Shown here one piece after another: positions 1 to 12,080 of a stretch of DNA of 64,000 nt. The first letter of the stretch is position 1. Each line of letters begins with the position of its first letter. Below the pieces are notes generated by a model. That model saw only the letters and a list, made by a program, of their open reading frames with translations. It was not told the DNA's origin and did not search any database. Origin of the DNA: Macrostomum lignano (lineage: Eukaryota); NCBI GenBank assembly GCA_002269645.1, contig NIVC01001006.1, forward strand, positions 124,001-188,000. Direction: 5' to 3'. Position numbers and translations under genes: made by a program.

Positions 1-900
1 AGTGTGGGATCAGGGATTCTGGAGTCTAGGATCGGGATTCTGGAGTCTGGGATCGGAATTTCGGAGTCTGGGATCGGAATTTCAGAGTCTGGGATCAGGG
101 ATTCTGGAGTCTAGGATCGGGATTCTGGAGTCTGGGATCGGGATTCTGGAGTCTGGGATCGGAATTTCGGAGTCTGGGATCGGGATTCTGGAGTCTGGGA
201 TCGGGATTTCGTAGTGTGGGATCAGGGATTCTGGAGTCTAGGATCGGGATTCTGGAGTCTGGGATTGGGATTCTGGAGTCTGGGATCGGAATTTCGGAGT
301 CTGGGATCGGAATTTCGGAGTCTGGGATCGGGATTCTGGGATCGGGATTTCGGAGTCTGGGATCAGGGATTCTGGAGTTTGGGATCGGGATTCTAGAGTC
401 TGGGATCGGGATTCTAGAGTTTGGGATCGGGATTCTGTAGTTTGAGATCGGGATTCCGGAGTTTGGGATCGGGATTCTAGAGTCTGGGATCGGGATTCTG
501 TAGTTTGGGATCGAGATTCTGGAGTCTGGGATCGGGATTCCGGAGTTTGGGATCCGGATTCTGTAGTTTGGGATCGAGATTCCGGAGTTTGGGATTGGGA
601 TTCAGGAGTCTTAGATCGGAATTCTGGAGTCTGGGATCGGAATTCTGGAGTCTAAGATCGGAATTCTGGAGTCTGGGATCGGAATTCTGGAGTCTGGGAT
701 CGGAATTCTGGAGTCTGGGATCGGGATTCTGGAGTCTGGGATCGGAATTTCGGAGTCTGTGATCGGGATTCTGGAGTCTGGGATCGGAATTCTGGAGTCT
801 GGGATCAGGATTCAGGAGTTTGGGATCAGAATTCTCTAGTCTGAGATCGAGATTTCAGAGTTAGTGACCAGAATTCTGGAGTCGGATTAAGATTCCGAAG
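1..900. repeat. Minisatellite, ~21-bp unit (GGAGTCTGGGATCGGGATTCT), in the intron upstream of the first visible GARS exon
   Basis: Direct tandem repetition; the overlapping ORFs are periodic artefacts. Confidence 0.95.
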
Positions 901-1020
901 TCTGAAGTTGGGAATTTGGGAGTCTGGGAACGGGAACTCATATTCAAACTGTAAAATGAGTTGTTATGGAAAATTTGTCCATACAGAAATCTAACGCTCA
1001 CATCACTCTGACCTCCGCAG

Positions 1021-3672
1021 AGTTCGAGAGTTCACCATGGCGGAGATCGAGCACTTCTTGGACCCCGCCGACAAGTCTCATCCGAAGTTCGCCAGCGTGG
1101 CCGGTCTCAGCCTGCCGCTCTACTCGGCCAAGGACCAGATGGCCGGCCTGGATGCGACTGAGAAGCCGCTAGGAGAGGTTTGTGCTGGACCGGAGCTGAC
1201 CCGGACTTTGGAGTTCCAGGCCAGATATCCGGATTTCTGGAGATTAGATGTCCGGATTTATGGGAATTAGATGTCCGGATTGATGAGGATTAGGTGTCCA
1301 GATTTATTGGCTTTAGATGTCCGGATTTATGGGGATTAGATGTCCGGATTTATTGGGACTAGATGTCCGGATTTATTGGCATTAGATGTCCGGTTTTATG
1401 GGAATTAGATGTCCGGATTTATGGGAGTTAGATGTCCGGATTTATGGAGATTAGATGTCCGATTTTATGGAGATTAGATGTCCGGATTTACGGGAATTAG
1501 ATATCAATTGGAACTTGTAGATTAGGTCTATAGATCTCTGAGCCTAAGCTCTAACCAACCAGTCGCCCCTCCTCCTCACGCTGCCGCAGGCGGTGTCGGC
1601 CGGCGTGATCGCCAACCAGACCCTGGCCTACTTCATGGCCCGCATCTTCCTGTTCATGGTGCGCTGCGGCGTGGACCGCCAGCGGCTGCGGTTCCGCCAG
1701 CACCTCAGCAACGAGATGGCGCACTACGCCTGCGACTGCTGGGACGCCGAGTGCCTGACCTCCTACGGCTGGATCGAGTGCGTTGGCTGCGCCGACCGCT
1801 CCGCCTACGACCTGACGCAGCACTCCAAAGCCTGCGGCGCCCAGCTGGTGGCCGAGAAGATGCTGGCGGAGCCGCAGGTGGTGGTCGCCAACGAAGCCGT
1901 CATAAACAAAGGCGTTGTTGGCAGGACTTTCAAAGCCGATGCCGTGTAGGTTGCGTGCCCTGTGGTCATGTGTTCAATCGAATTTATAGAATTTACAGGG
2001 AGTGTACATGACTGAGGATGAGTAGTAGTCTGTATAAAATAATAGTCAGTTTAAAGCAGTAGTCAGTTGAGTAGTAGTCAGTATAGAGTAGTAGTCAGTA
2101 TAGAGCAGTAGTCAGTATAGAGTAGTAGTCAGTATAGAGTAGCAGTCAGTTGAGTAGTAGTCAGTTGAGCAGTAGTCAGTATAGAGTAGTAGTCAGTATA
2201 GAGCAGTAGTCAGTATAGAGTAGTAGTCAGTATAGAGTAGCAGTCAGTTGAGTAGTAGTCAGTTGAGCAGTAGTCAGTATAGAGCAGTAGTCAGTATAAA
2301 ATAATAGTCAGTATAGAGTAGTAGTCAGTATAGAGCAGTAGTCAGTATAGAGTAGTAGTCAGTATAGAGTAGTAGTCAGTTTAAAGCAGTAGTCAGTCGA
2401 GTAGTAGTCAGTATAGAGTAGTAGTCAGTATAGAGTAGTAGTCAGTATAGAGTAGCAGTCAGTTGAGTAGTAGTCAGTTGAGCAGTAGTCAGTATAGAGT
2501 AGTAGTCAGTATAGAGCAGTAGTCAGTTTAAAGTAGTAGTCAGTTGAGTAGTAGTCAGTATAGAGTAGCAGTCAGTTAGTCAGTTTAGCCTCTCCCCCGC
2601 AGTCACGTGACCCAGTACCTGAGCAGCCTGGAGGAGGCGGATCTGAACTCCCTGGCCACCGAGCTGGAGTCGCTCGGCTCGGCGTCTCGCGAGATCGGCG
2701 GCAGCGAGCGCAAGCTGACGCCGGACATGGTGTCCGTCCGCCGCACTGAGCGCACCGTCCACCGCCTTGAGTTCGTGCCCAGCGTCATCGAGCCCAGCTT
2801 CGGCATCGGCCGCATCATGTACGTCATCTTCGAGCACAGCTTCCGGGCCCGGGAGGGAGACGAGGCCCGGACCTACCTCAGCCTGCCGCCCGTCATCGCC
2901 CCCTACAAGTGCAGCGTGCTGCAGCTCAGCAACAACCCCAAGCTGCGCGAGATGGCCACCGCCATGTCCCAGGCGCTCACCCAGGCCGGCCTGTCCCACC
3001 GCATTGACGACAGCAGCGTCTCCATCGGCAAGCGGTACGCGCGCACCGACCAGATCGCCATCCCCTACGGCGTCACCATAGACTTCGACAGCATCAACAA
3101 GATGCCGGCGACCGCCACGCTGCGGGAGCGCGACTCCATGCGGCAGGTTCGGGTTGAGGTACGGATTCTGTCTGCTGGTGTCTGCTGCTAGGCCAGCCTC
3201 CCAGATCTTCAGTTGCTAGGCCAGCCTCCCAGCTCCTCAGTTGCTAGGCCAGCCTCCCAGTGTCAGTTGCTGGTCTAGCCTCCCAGCTCCTCAGTTGCTA
3301 GGCCAGCCTCCCAGTGTCAGTTGCTGGTCTAGCCTCCCAGCTCCTCAGTTGCTAGGCCAGCCTCCCAGTGTCAGTTGCTGGTCTAGCCTCCCAGCTCCTC
3401 AGTTGCTAGGCCAGCCTCCCAGTGTCAGTTGCTGGGCCAGCCTCCCAGATCCTCAGTTGCTGGGCCAGCCTCCCAGATCCCCAGTTGCTGGGCCACCCGG
3501 CAGGTGCAGCGAATCTCACTCTCACGCAAATCCCATTTATCCCATCCAGGTGGAGAAAATCCCCGGCATAGTGCAGCAGCTGGTGCAGGAGAGGCTTACC
3601 TGGGCCCAGGTGATGGAGGCCTACCCGGTGTTTGAGCAGCAGGAGACCATCAAGGACACCGACGGTAACTGA
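1021..3672 (+). CDS. GARS1: Glycyl-tRNA synthetase (eukaryotic class II), 3' four exons; 5' part lies outside the window
   Basis: Exons 1021-1177, 1590-1945, 2603-3158 and 3550-3672 have GT-AG boundaries and consistent phases. Motifs: [90 protein letters not shown] at 3791. Confidence 0.95.
1240..1500. repeat. Intronic minisatellite, ~23-bp unit (GATTAGATGTCCGGATTTATGGG)
   Basis: Tandem copies in GARS intron 1178-1589. Confidence 0.9.
2030..2580. repeat. Intronic minisatellite, ~17-bp unit (AGTAGTAGTCAGTATAG)
   Basis: Tandem copies in GARS intron 1946-2602. Confidence 0.92.
3190..3492. repeat. Intronic minisatellite, 54-bp dimeric unit (subunit AGTTGCTAGGCCAGCCTCCCAG)
   Basis: Tandem copies in GARS intron 3159-3549; 18-aa periodicity in the spurious ORF. 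Confidence 0.9.
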
Positions 3673-4667
3673 TGGAGCGCCTGCTGAAGACCCCGGCTGA
3701 CCAGTGCGGCAGGCCTCTCTGCTGCTGTTTAATCTCTCCCTGCCTTCTCCTCACCGGCACGCGCCCGCTTGTCAGCAATTATATTTAATTAATAAATTAT
3801 TGCCATGGCTAACCGCTTAGCAACTGATTCACTGCAAGTGTGATAATAAAAATCAATAGTGTTTCTTGGAATTGATACGGATGTTTAATTGTGGGCCCAT
3901 ATTCAGCAATATATTCATGACTTGCCTACTGCAAATTTGTACGAGTAGTATGGCTAGGTAACTACTATTGAAAATATTATTCTTTTTGCACTTCGCCCCC
4001 GTTTCACTTGCACTTTAAAGCAAGTATTTGCTAGTTCTATTGCTATCACAGCTTTAATGGATTATTTGGTGACTTCTTCTCTTTTGGAAAATACCTGGCT
4101 ATTATAGTTTCAATTCTCTTCTGAGCGCTTTGCTTCATCAAAAACCAACCGCGCCATCCAGCCTCCCCCTTCCCCGATCTCTTCTGCTTTTTTTCTCTGC
4201 TTGTCTTCTTTCTTTGGCGCCAGTGCGAGCCGAGTGACTGATTTGGCTGCTAAATAAAATTGCAAATCGCAAGGATGCACCCGAGATTTCAGCTGGCATG
4301 GCAGGTCTGTCTTTACCAGCACTTTTTGGAGACAAATTTTTATTTCCATTTGATTTATAAAATTATAAATAGCAGAAACCGGAGAAATTCCTTTCATAGA
4401 ATTCAAGTTTGGGTATTGACAGCCAGCCATTGTACCATAGACATCTTGCATGGCACACTGCCCAATGAAAACGTTGCATTGACAGCCACAGGAGCATTGC
4501 AAACAGCTCATTAGTGACTCTAGCGACTCTTTGGGCGACTCTTGTGACTTTTTAACAAATCAAGCGACTGTATTGCGGCGGTGAGGCGACTGTTGAGTCA
4601 CGAGCGCGTCAAGTAAAGTTGTAAAATCGTTTGAGAATCTCGAAAAGACCCAAGAGTTGTCGTGTCC

Positions 4668-6790
4668 GCGCTTTACTTTCTACTGACTCAAGTAGACTAA
4701 GCAACTGTTTGAAATTCGAGCTTAATTCACAAAAGTGACGCAGATGCGCTTTACTTTCTACTGACTCAAGTAGACTAAGCAGCTGTTTGAAATTCGAGCT
4801 TAATTCACAAAAGTGACGCAGATGCGCTTTACTTTCTACTGACTCAAGTAGACTAAGCAACTGTTTGAAATTCGAGCTTAATTCACAAAAGTGACGCAGA
4901 TGCGCTTTACTTTCTACTGACTCAAGTAGACTAAGCAACTGTTTGAAATTCGAGCTTAATTCACAAAAGTGACGCAGATGCGCTTTACTTTCTACTGACT
5001 CAAGTAGACTAAGCAGCTGTTTGAAATTCGAGCTTAATTCACAAAAGTGACGCAGATGCGCTTTACTTTCTACTGACTCAAGTAGACTAAGCAGAGCTGT
5101 TTGAAATTCGAGCTTAATTCACAAAAGTGACGCAGATGCGCTTTACTTTCTACTGACTCAAGTAGACTAAGCAACTGTTTGAAATTCGAGCTTAATTCAC
5201 AAAAGTGACGCAGATGCGCTTTACTTTCTACTGACTCAAGTAGACTAAGCAACTGTTTGAAATTCGAGCTTAATTCACAAAAGTGACGCAGATGCGCTTT
5301 ACTTTCTACTGACTCAAGTAGACTAAGCAACTGTTTGAAATTCGAGCTTAATTCACAAAAGTGACGCAGATGCGCTTTACTTTCTACTGACTCAAGTAGA
5401 CTAAGCAGCTGTTTGAAATTCGAGCTTAATTCACAAAAGTGACGCAGATGCGCTTTACTTTCTACTGACTCAAGTAGACTAAGCAACTGTTTGAAATTCG
5501 AGCTTAATTCACAAAAGTGACGCAGATGCGCTTTACTTTCTACTGACTCAAGTAGACTAAGCAACTGTTTGAAATTCGAGCTTAATTCACAAAAGTGACG
5601 CAGATGCGCTTTACTTTCTACTGACTCAAGTAGACTAAGCAGCTGTTTGAAATTCGAGCTTAATTCACAAAAGTGACGCAGATGCGCTTTACTTTCTACT
5701 GACTCAAGTAGACTAAGCAGAGCTGTTTGAAATTCGAGCTTAATTCACAAAAGTGACGCAGATGCGCTTTACTTTCTACTGACTCAAGTAGACTAAGCAA
5801 CTGTTTGAAATTCGAGCTTAATTCACAAAAGTGACGCAGATGCGCTTTACTTTCTACTGACTCAAGTAGACTAAGCAACTGTTTGAAATTCGAGCTTAAT
5901 TCACAAAAGTGACGCAGATGCGCTTTACTTTCTACTGACTCAAGTAGACTAAGCAACTGTTTGAAATTCGAGCTTAATTCACAAAAGTGACGCAGATGCG
6001 CTTTACTTTCTACTGACTCAAGTAGACTAAGCAACTGTTTGAAATTCGAGCTTAATTCACAAAAGTGACGCAGATGCGCTTTACTTTATACTGACTCAAG
6101 TAGACTAAGCAACTGTTTGAAATTCGAGCTTAATTCACAAAAGTGACGCAGATGCGCTTTACTTTCTACTGACTCAAGTAGACTAAGCAGAGCTGTTTGA
6201 AATTCGAGCTTAATTCACAAAAGTGACGCAGATGCGCTTTACTTTCTACTGACTCAAGTAGACTAAGCAACTGTTTGAAATTCGAGCTTAATTCACAAAA
6301 GTGACGCAGATGCGCTTTACTTTCTACTGACTCAAGTAGACTAAGCAACTGTTTGAAATTCGAGCTTAATTCACAAAAGTGACGCAGATGCGCTTTACTT
6401 TCTACTGACTCAAGTAGACTAAGCAGCTGTTTGAAATTCGAGCTTAATTCACAAAAGTGACGCAGATGCGCTTTACTTTCTACTGACTCAAGTAGACTAA
6501 GCAGAGCTGTTTGAAATTCGAGCTTAATTCACAAAAGTGACGCAGATGCGCTTTACTTTCTACTGACTCAAGTAGACTAAGCAGAGCTGTTTGAAATTCG
6601 AGCTTAATTCACAAAAGTGACGCAGATGCGCTTTACTTTCTACTGACTCAAGTAGACTAAGCAGCTGTTTGAAATTCGAGCTTAATTCACAAAAGTGACG
6701 CAGATGCGCTTTACTTTCTACTGACTCAAGTAGACTAAGCAGAGCTGTTTGAAATTCGAGCTTAATTCACAAAAGTGACACAGATGCGCT
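4668..6790. repeat. Highly homogeneous 78-bp tandem satellite, ~27 copies
   Basis: Unit CTTTACTTTCTACTGACTCAAGTAGACTAAGCAACTGTTTGAAATTCGAGCTTAATTCACAAAAGTGACGCAGATGCG; 26-aa periodicity in the minus-strand ORFs. Confidence 0.97.
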
Positions 6791-7199
6791 TTGGACGCAA
6801 CTCAGTGATTTTATAGCGATATTATAGAAGCTACCCAGAGTCGCTGACAATAAAACGTCTCAAATTGACTCTTAAAGCGACTCTTGACCACTTACTGTGA
6901 CATCTTGTCGTTTTAGTCATCTAGAATCACTTCTTTCCTATTTTAACTCTGTTACCTGCAGCGACGCAAGTGAATGACTGGGACGCTTCTTGGCATAATG
7001 TTCTACATGTAAGTATCCGTTCTCATCGCGAATAAGAGTGAGCTCATAGTCTATGGTAATTAACAGTTTCTGCTGTACAGTATGCTGATGGCTTGAATGC
7101 CTATGGCCATAAACTTTTCTGTCCGCCGAGCAAAATAGCCGAGCAAGGACTGGGGGGTCATCACACACCTCAATTACCCCCAGCTAATGATGGCGCAGA

Positions 7200-8390
7200 T
7201 CCTAGCTCTTCGCTGAATCATCGAGGAGGCGCGCACGCGCCAGTTGGACCTGATTGTTGTCTTCATTGACTTCATGAAAGCATTCGACTCGGTTGCGAGG
7301 GCTGCGCTCCCACATGTGCTCCGTGTGTATCATGTACCAGAACAGCTGATCTCCGCCAAAATGGCGTTGTACTGTGCTACGAGAGCAGCTGTGATGACAG
7401 ACAGACATCAGACATCGGATGACCTGTCGGACTCCTTCGAGACATCCTCCGGGGTGCTCCAGGGGGGACACTCTAGCGCCGTTCCTGTTCGTCCTGGTGC
7501 TTGACTGGGTGCTACAAACTGCTCTTCCTACCGACGAAGACGGCTTCCTACTGCGGCGACGCGTGGGTCGACGTCAACCGGAGAAACGGCGCTCAGCGTG
7601 CTTGGCTACGCCGATGACCTCGCCCTGCTGTCCTCGACCGTAGAGGGCGCCCAGCGCCAGCTGGACAAGCTGGTTAGCGCTGCAGCGAGCGTCGGCCTGG
7701 TGGTCAACACGAAGAAGACCGTTGTGCTCTGCGTGCCGGGCGACATCGAGGCCGCAATTTTCTGCCGAGGCGCTGACGGTCAGGCAACCAAGCTCCCGCG
7801 ATGTCAGCAGTTCGTCTACCTCGGTGGTCTGGTTCCCTACGTCCGCGAAGATCTGCGGCGTCGCCGCGGGCTCGCTTGGGCTGCCTTTCGCTCTGTGAGG
7901 GCGGTCCTGCAGTCCGAGGCCCTACCTGACCGCCAGAGGGCGGCGCTGTTCCAGGCGGTGGTCGAGACCGTCCTGTTGTACAACGCCGAGACCTGGACGC
8001 TGACGGATTCGCTCAAACAGCAAGTCAACGCGGCGCACGCTGGCGTGCTGCGCGTCGCCTTTAAGATCAGCGACGAGCGGATCACTAACGCGGCACTCTA
8101 TCGCCGCGCCATCCTGGCCCGTCCAAGTGAACTGCTGCGACTTCGGCGACTCCAGCTGGCAGGCCACATCATCCGCGCCGAGTCCTACTACTCGCAGCCG
8201 GTGCAGGAGGTGCTGCTGCTAACGCTGCAGGCACCCTACCGGCGCGGCCAGGCCCGAACTCGGCGTTTCGTCGACTGCCTGCTGGCCGACGCTGGCGCCC
8301 CGGACTCTGCCGGCGGTGCGGCCTTTGTTCGCGCCCAGGCTCTGAAGCGTGCCCTGTGATGCTGCTTTTTTCCACCTGACAGCGTACTTT
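7200..8390 (+). mobile_element. 5'-truncated RTE-like non-LTR retrotransposon (frameshifted RT fragment)
   Basis: Three frames join into an RT: FIDFMKAFDSV, GVLQG/DTLAPFLF, GYADDLALL, GLVVNTKKT, FVYLG, RRLQLAGHIIR; stop at 8359. Confidence 0.88.
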
Positions 8391-8408
8391 GTTTGTTGTT
8401 GTTGTTGG

Positions 8409-8555
8409 CACCCATATTTTACAGCTGGGTGAACCAAAACAATGCAGAGTTAAGTGTCTAGCTGAAGGACACGAATTGTTCCGAGTGGGTCAAGAATCGA
8501 ACCCCGGACCTTTCAGTCGTGAGTCCGCGAGGCTCTTACCACTAGGCTACAACTC
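8409..8555 (-). mobile_element. tRNA-derived SINE with CORE-like central domain
   Basis: Minus strand has A box (TAGCCTAGTGGTAAG), B box (GGTTCGATTC), then GTGTCCTTCAGCTAGACACTTAAC...CACCCAGCTGTAAAATATGGG, followed by (CAA)n. Confidence 0.78.
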
Positions 8556-9088
8556 CTACTGAGGCTACAGCAATACGTGTAACAGCTTTGAAATATATTG
8601 GCTCGTATTTTCTTGCGGGGTGATAAAAAGATTATTCTCTTTGTTTTTAAGCCGGTAGTGTTAATAATAAAAGAAAATGAAATTTACACTGAGACCATAG
8701 ACGTTCGCCCGGGGCAAGTGGGGGATACTGGGAGAGCCAGAGTGCAGTTTTCTACAAATGTCCATGACTTTCTTATTGAAAATTTCCTTATGGTGAATTT
8801 TGTATTGATGACTTCGCCTCAACACCGGCCCCTGCACTCAATGCGATCTGCTTAATTAGTTCTACATGTACTCCGCATAGTGTTTCATCAAGAGGTTAAA
8901 CAATTTTTTAATACCCGCCGAATTCAGGTTCTATGATCGAAAGTCTTTGACCCACTATACATGTATAACCAAAAATTCTATACAAGATGGGCCACTCATT
9001 AACCACTATGCAGGTGGCCCTGAAGCTAATGTGAAAATTTTACAATAAATAGGAATTGGCAAAAATCAACATTAAATAAATTTAATTG

Positions 9089-9127
9089 AACAACGCGTTT
9101 CGCACGATACTGTGCATCTTCAGGTTT
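9089..9127 (-). ncRNA. Minimal type I hammerhead ribozyme, Penelope-like element type
   Basis: Minus strand reads AAAC-CUGAAGA-U-GCAC-AGUAUC-GUGC-GAAA-CGCG-UU-GUU: intact core, 4-bp stem II, palindromic ACGCGU stem III, 3-bp stem I. Confidence 0.75.
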
Positions 9128-10072
9128 ATTTTTGAGCGAAAGAAACGAGTGACATCGGCAGTTAAATTTCGGGGTGTAAATTCAATCATATTTTGCAATA
9201 ATTTTGCAACAAGGGCGAAACTCAACTACTGAACTCAATTTTGTCAGTAGTCTCTGCAGTGCATGCATCATTCTTAGTTTGATTGAGTAGCTTTTTATTT
9301 CATCTATGAGATCTCAATCTCAAACTTCGGCAAGCAAAATTCGGCAAGCAAAGTCCGGCAAGCAAACTTCCCGCAAGCAAACGTCGTACTCCTGGAATTC
9401 TCCGGAGAAGAAAGGGGAACAACTCCCATCGCCAGAATTGCATTCTCTGAAATACATCAGCTGAAATTCCATATCTTGAATCCCATCTTCCAAAATCCAA
9501 ATCGTCTCCAAATCCTCTTCAAAGCCTTTCAAATGCCATATCTTGTTTTCCCTGTTTGCAAAACTGACTGCCGTTGTCCAGACTCAGATTCTCCGGTCTT
9601 TTCTCTCTCATCTCTGCGCTCCTCCCTTACTTCTCTTTCCCCTCACTACTTTCTCCTCTTATCTCTGATCTTTCATCTCTCTTCTCTTTCCTCTCACTCT
9701 TATCTTTACTCCCTTACTTCTCTTCTCCCTCGTTTACTCTCTGCTCTTATACCTCCCCTTTCCTCTCTTCATTCCCGCCTCACTCTCCTTAATTCTCTCT
9801 AATCTGTTATCTTTCCTCTCACATCTTCTCTCTTTTCTATAATCTCTCCTCTGCTCTTTACTTTCATCTCCATGATCCTGACTGAAGATCCATCGAAATC
9901 CTCTCCGTGAAACAGAGGCCCATCAGAGGCCTCGTTTTCGATATTGATCGAATCAGAATCATTCATAGAAGCACAATTGGGCGGGGTTTATAAATTATTA
10001 ATACAAGTTATTAATATTAGCATTAATTGTGCGCAAACAAGCGACGATTGGCAAGCATAAAACAGATTTGGT

Positions 10073-10088
10073 GGCCCTGAAAAGGGCC
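10073..10088 (-). promoter_or_regulatory. Histone 3' stem-loop of H4
   Basis: AAAAC-GGCCCTTTTCAGGGCC-ACCA on the minus strand, ~110 nt after the H4 stop. Confidence 0.93.
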
Positions 10089-10196
10089 GTTTTAACGTTC
10101 AGTAGTGATGGAAATAAATTACGAGCAGAACTTAGGCATCATTTTGCCTAGCCTAGCCCGCCTGTACACAGTACAGGGCACCGAGTTGAAATGCGC

Positions 10197-10517
<321 letters not shown>

Positions 10518-10585
10518 CTAGATTCGCTTTGAAGAAACTGAGTTTAATAACAGATGATATGATAGAAAAGGGTGTTTCTGTTCAC

Positions 10586-10635
10586 TTTATATTTATAAGC
10601 CCCAAGATCTACCAAGGCTGCTCGTTCCTCATTGG
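10586..10635 (-). promoter_or_regulatory. H4 promoter: TATA box and CCAAT box
   Basis: Minus-strand TATAAATATAAA at 10586-10597 and AGCCAATGAG around 10631-10635. Confidence 0.7.
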
Positions 10636-11031
10636 CTGACGCTAATACACCAAAATATCGATCTTAAAAGAATTTTAATTATTCTTCAGTTGTTCATGTT
10701 GGCGAAATTTTAGGAGTGGTTAGTTACGGTTACAGTTAGTACAATATACAAACTTATTGCGCATAATGTTTTAATCTTTTGAATTTCGAAAATCTCTATT
10801 TCAGAATATGGGGAAATTCAAAAGGCAGAATAGACAAGAGGTAAAATTCTCTGCGGCCAGCTGAAAATGACAAAACTGATAATTGGAAATTGGAAAACAA
10901 TTTTCCTACAGTTTCTTAGAGAATTCCGACATGCAACTTTTTCGAGTCAGTTTTAAAAACTCCCTGTCTAGGCTGTGCCATATCGATTAATGCAAATTAA
11001 CTTTAGTTGCACGTAAAAAAATTGTCTGAGT

Positions 11032-11056
11032 AAAACGGCCCTTTAAGGTCCACAAA
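11032..11056 (+). other. Orphan histone stem-loop-like element 1 (degenerate)
   Basis: AAAAC-GGCCCTTTAAGGTCC-ACAAA; no histone ORF upstream on +. Confidence 0.55.
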
Positions 11057-11409
11057 GACTAATGTGGATTTATAAATGCTAGTAGTCTCTAATAAAAAGC
11101 TATTTAATGTACCGTAACATTTATGTTTAATATTTTATCAAGGTATCTGCATTTACACATGAAACTAAACAGCAAAACAAAAGGATTAATTTAAAATAAT
11201 TATGAGAATTCGACTGCTGCTGGTCTTTTGCAAATTTAATGCCAGTCTGCGGCAACAATTGTTAGAACTTAGTACCAGTAGTAAAGTTAATTTATCCGGT
11301 GCGTGGCTTGTAGTTATAATTTGGGCCGACAAAATATAATACAATATAATATATAATACAACTAATTAACTCGGAGAGCATCTTGGGCTTAATTCTAATT
11401 TCACTAGGT

Positions 11410-11433
11410 AAAACGGCCCTTCGTAGGGTCATA
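11410..11433 (+). other. Orphan histone stem-loop-like element 2
   Basis: AAAAC-GGCCCT-TCGT-AGGGTC-ATA: 6-bp stem with one G-U pair and a 4-nt loop; no histone ORF upstream. Confidence 0.6.
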
Positions 11434-12080
11434 CGAGGGCATTTAAATTTGCTTGAACTTTGAAGTTGAAATCTTAATTGGAAAATCTTATTGATCTACA
11501 AAGAAAAAAGCCAAAAGCCTTATAACTTTTTATAACTTTTAAGCTTTTGTTTTTACTGATTTTAAATATAATTACCGTTGAGAAATTAGCTTTTATAAAT
11601 GCATGCACTGATGTATGTGACACCATTGATCAGTGCCAGTCCGTGGTTATAGTTACTGACGGGCGTTCGAAACGCTGATTTTAACACGAAGCCAGAAATC
11701 ATTGCCCAAAATTTCTCCTCATGGCAATGAGCCATTGCAATGGCCGGCCATTGCCTAGATTTCCAATTCCAATGCAACCAATTAATTCAAGCCAGTTTTT
11801 ATCCAGCATCTTGCAAAGCGTATCTGCATGAGTCAATTCAAAACGTTTATTTTAAGATGTAAATAATTAAACTGGCACAGGAATTGCAAAATCGACAGTA
11901 CAAAAAGCACAGTGTCAGTATATCATGTAAATTTTTGTCGGTGATGAACATCATATACTGGTCAAGCAAAGTACTAAAAGTCATTAAATAAAAAAATATT
12001 AAACTAGACTGTCGCTCTTATTCTTTCAGTAATTCTACGAGTACAATTTGCTGATTCCTGTAGAAGTAAAGATTGCATGC

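Noticed and set aside
4668-6790. CRISPR-like appearance of regular arrays (also 22474-23114)
   Set aside because: There are no unique spacers, the units are wholly repeated, the context is eukaryotic and no cas genes are present.
6938-7190. Minus-strand 76-aa ORF ending at a CAG/GTAAC donor
   Set aside because: No recognisable homology or partner exon; truncated by the RTE insertion.
9300-9880. Short ORFs with four CGGCAAGCAAA repeats and an adjacent CT-rich tract
   Set aside because: Low complexity, and no Penelope RT or GIY-YIG motifs could be recognised to link it to the hammerhead.
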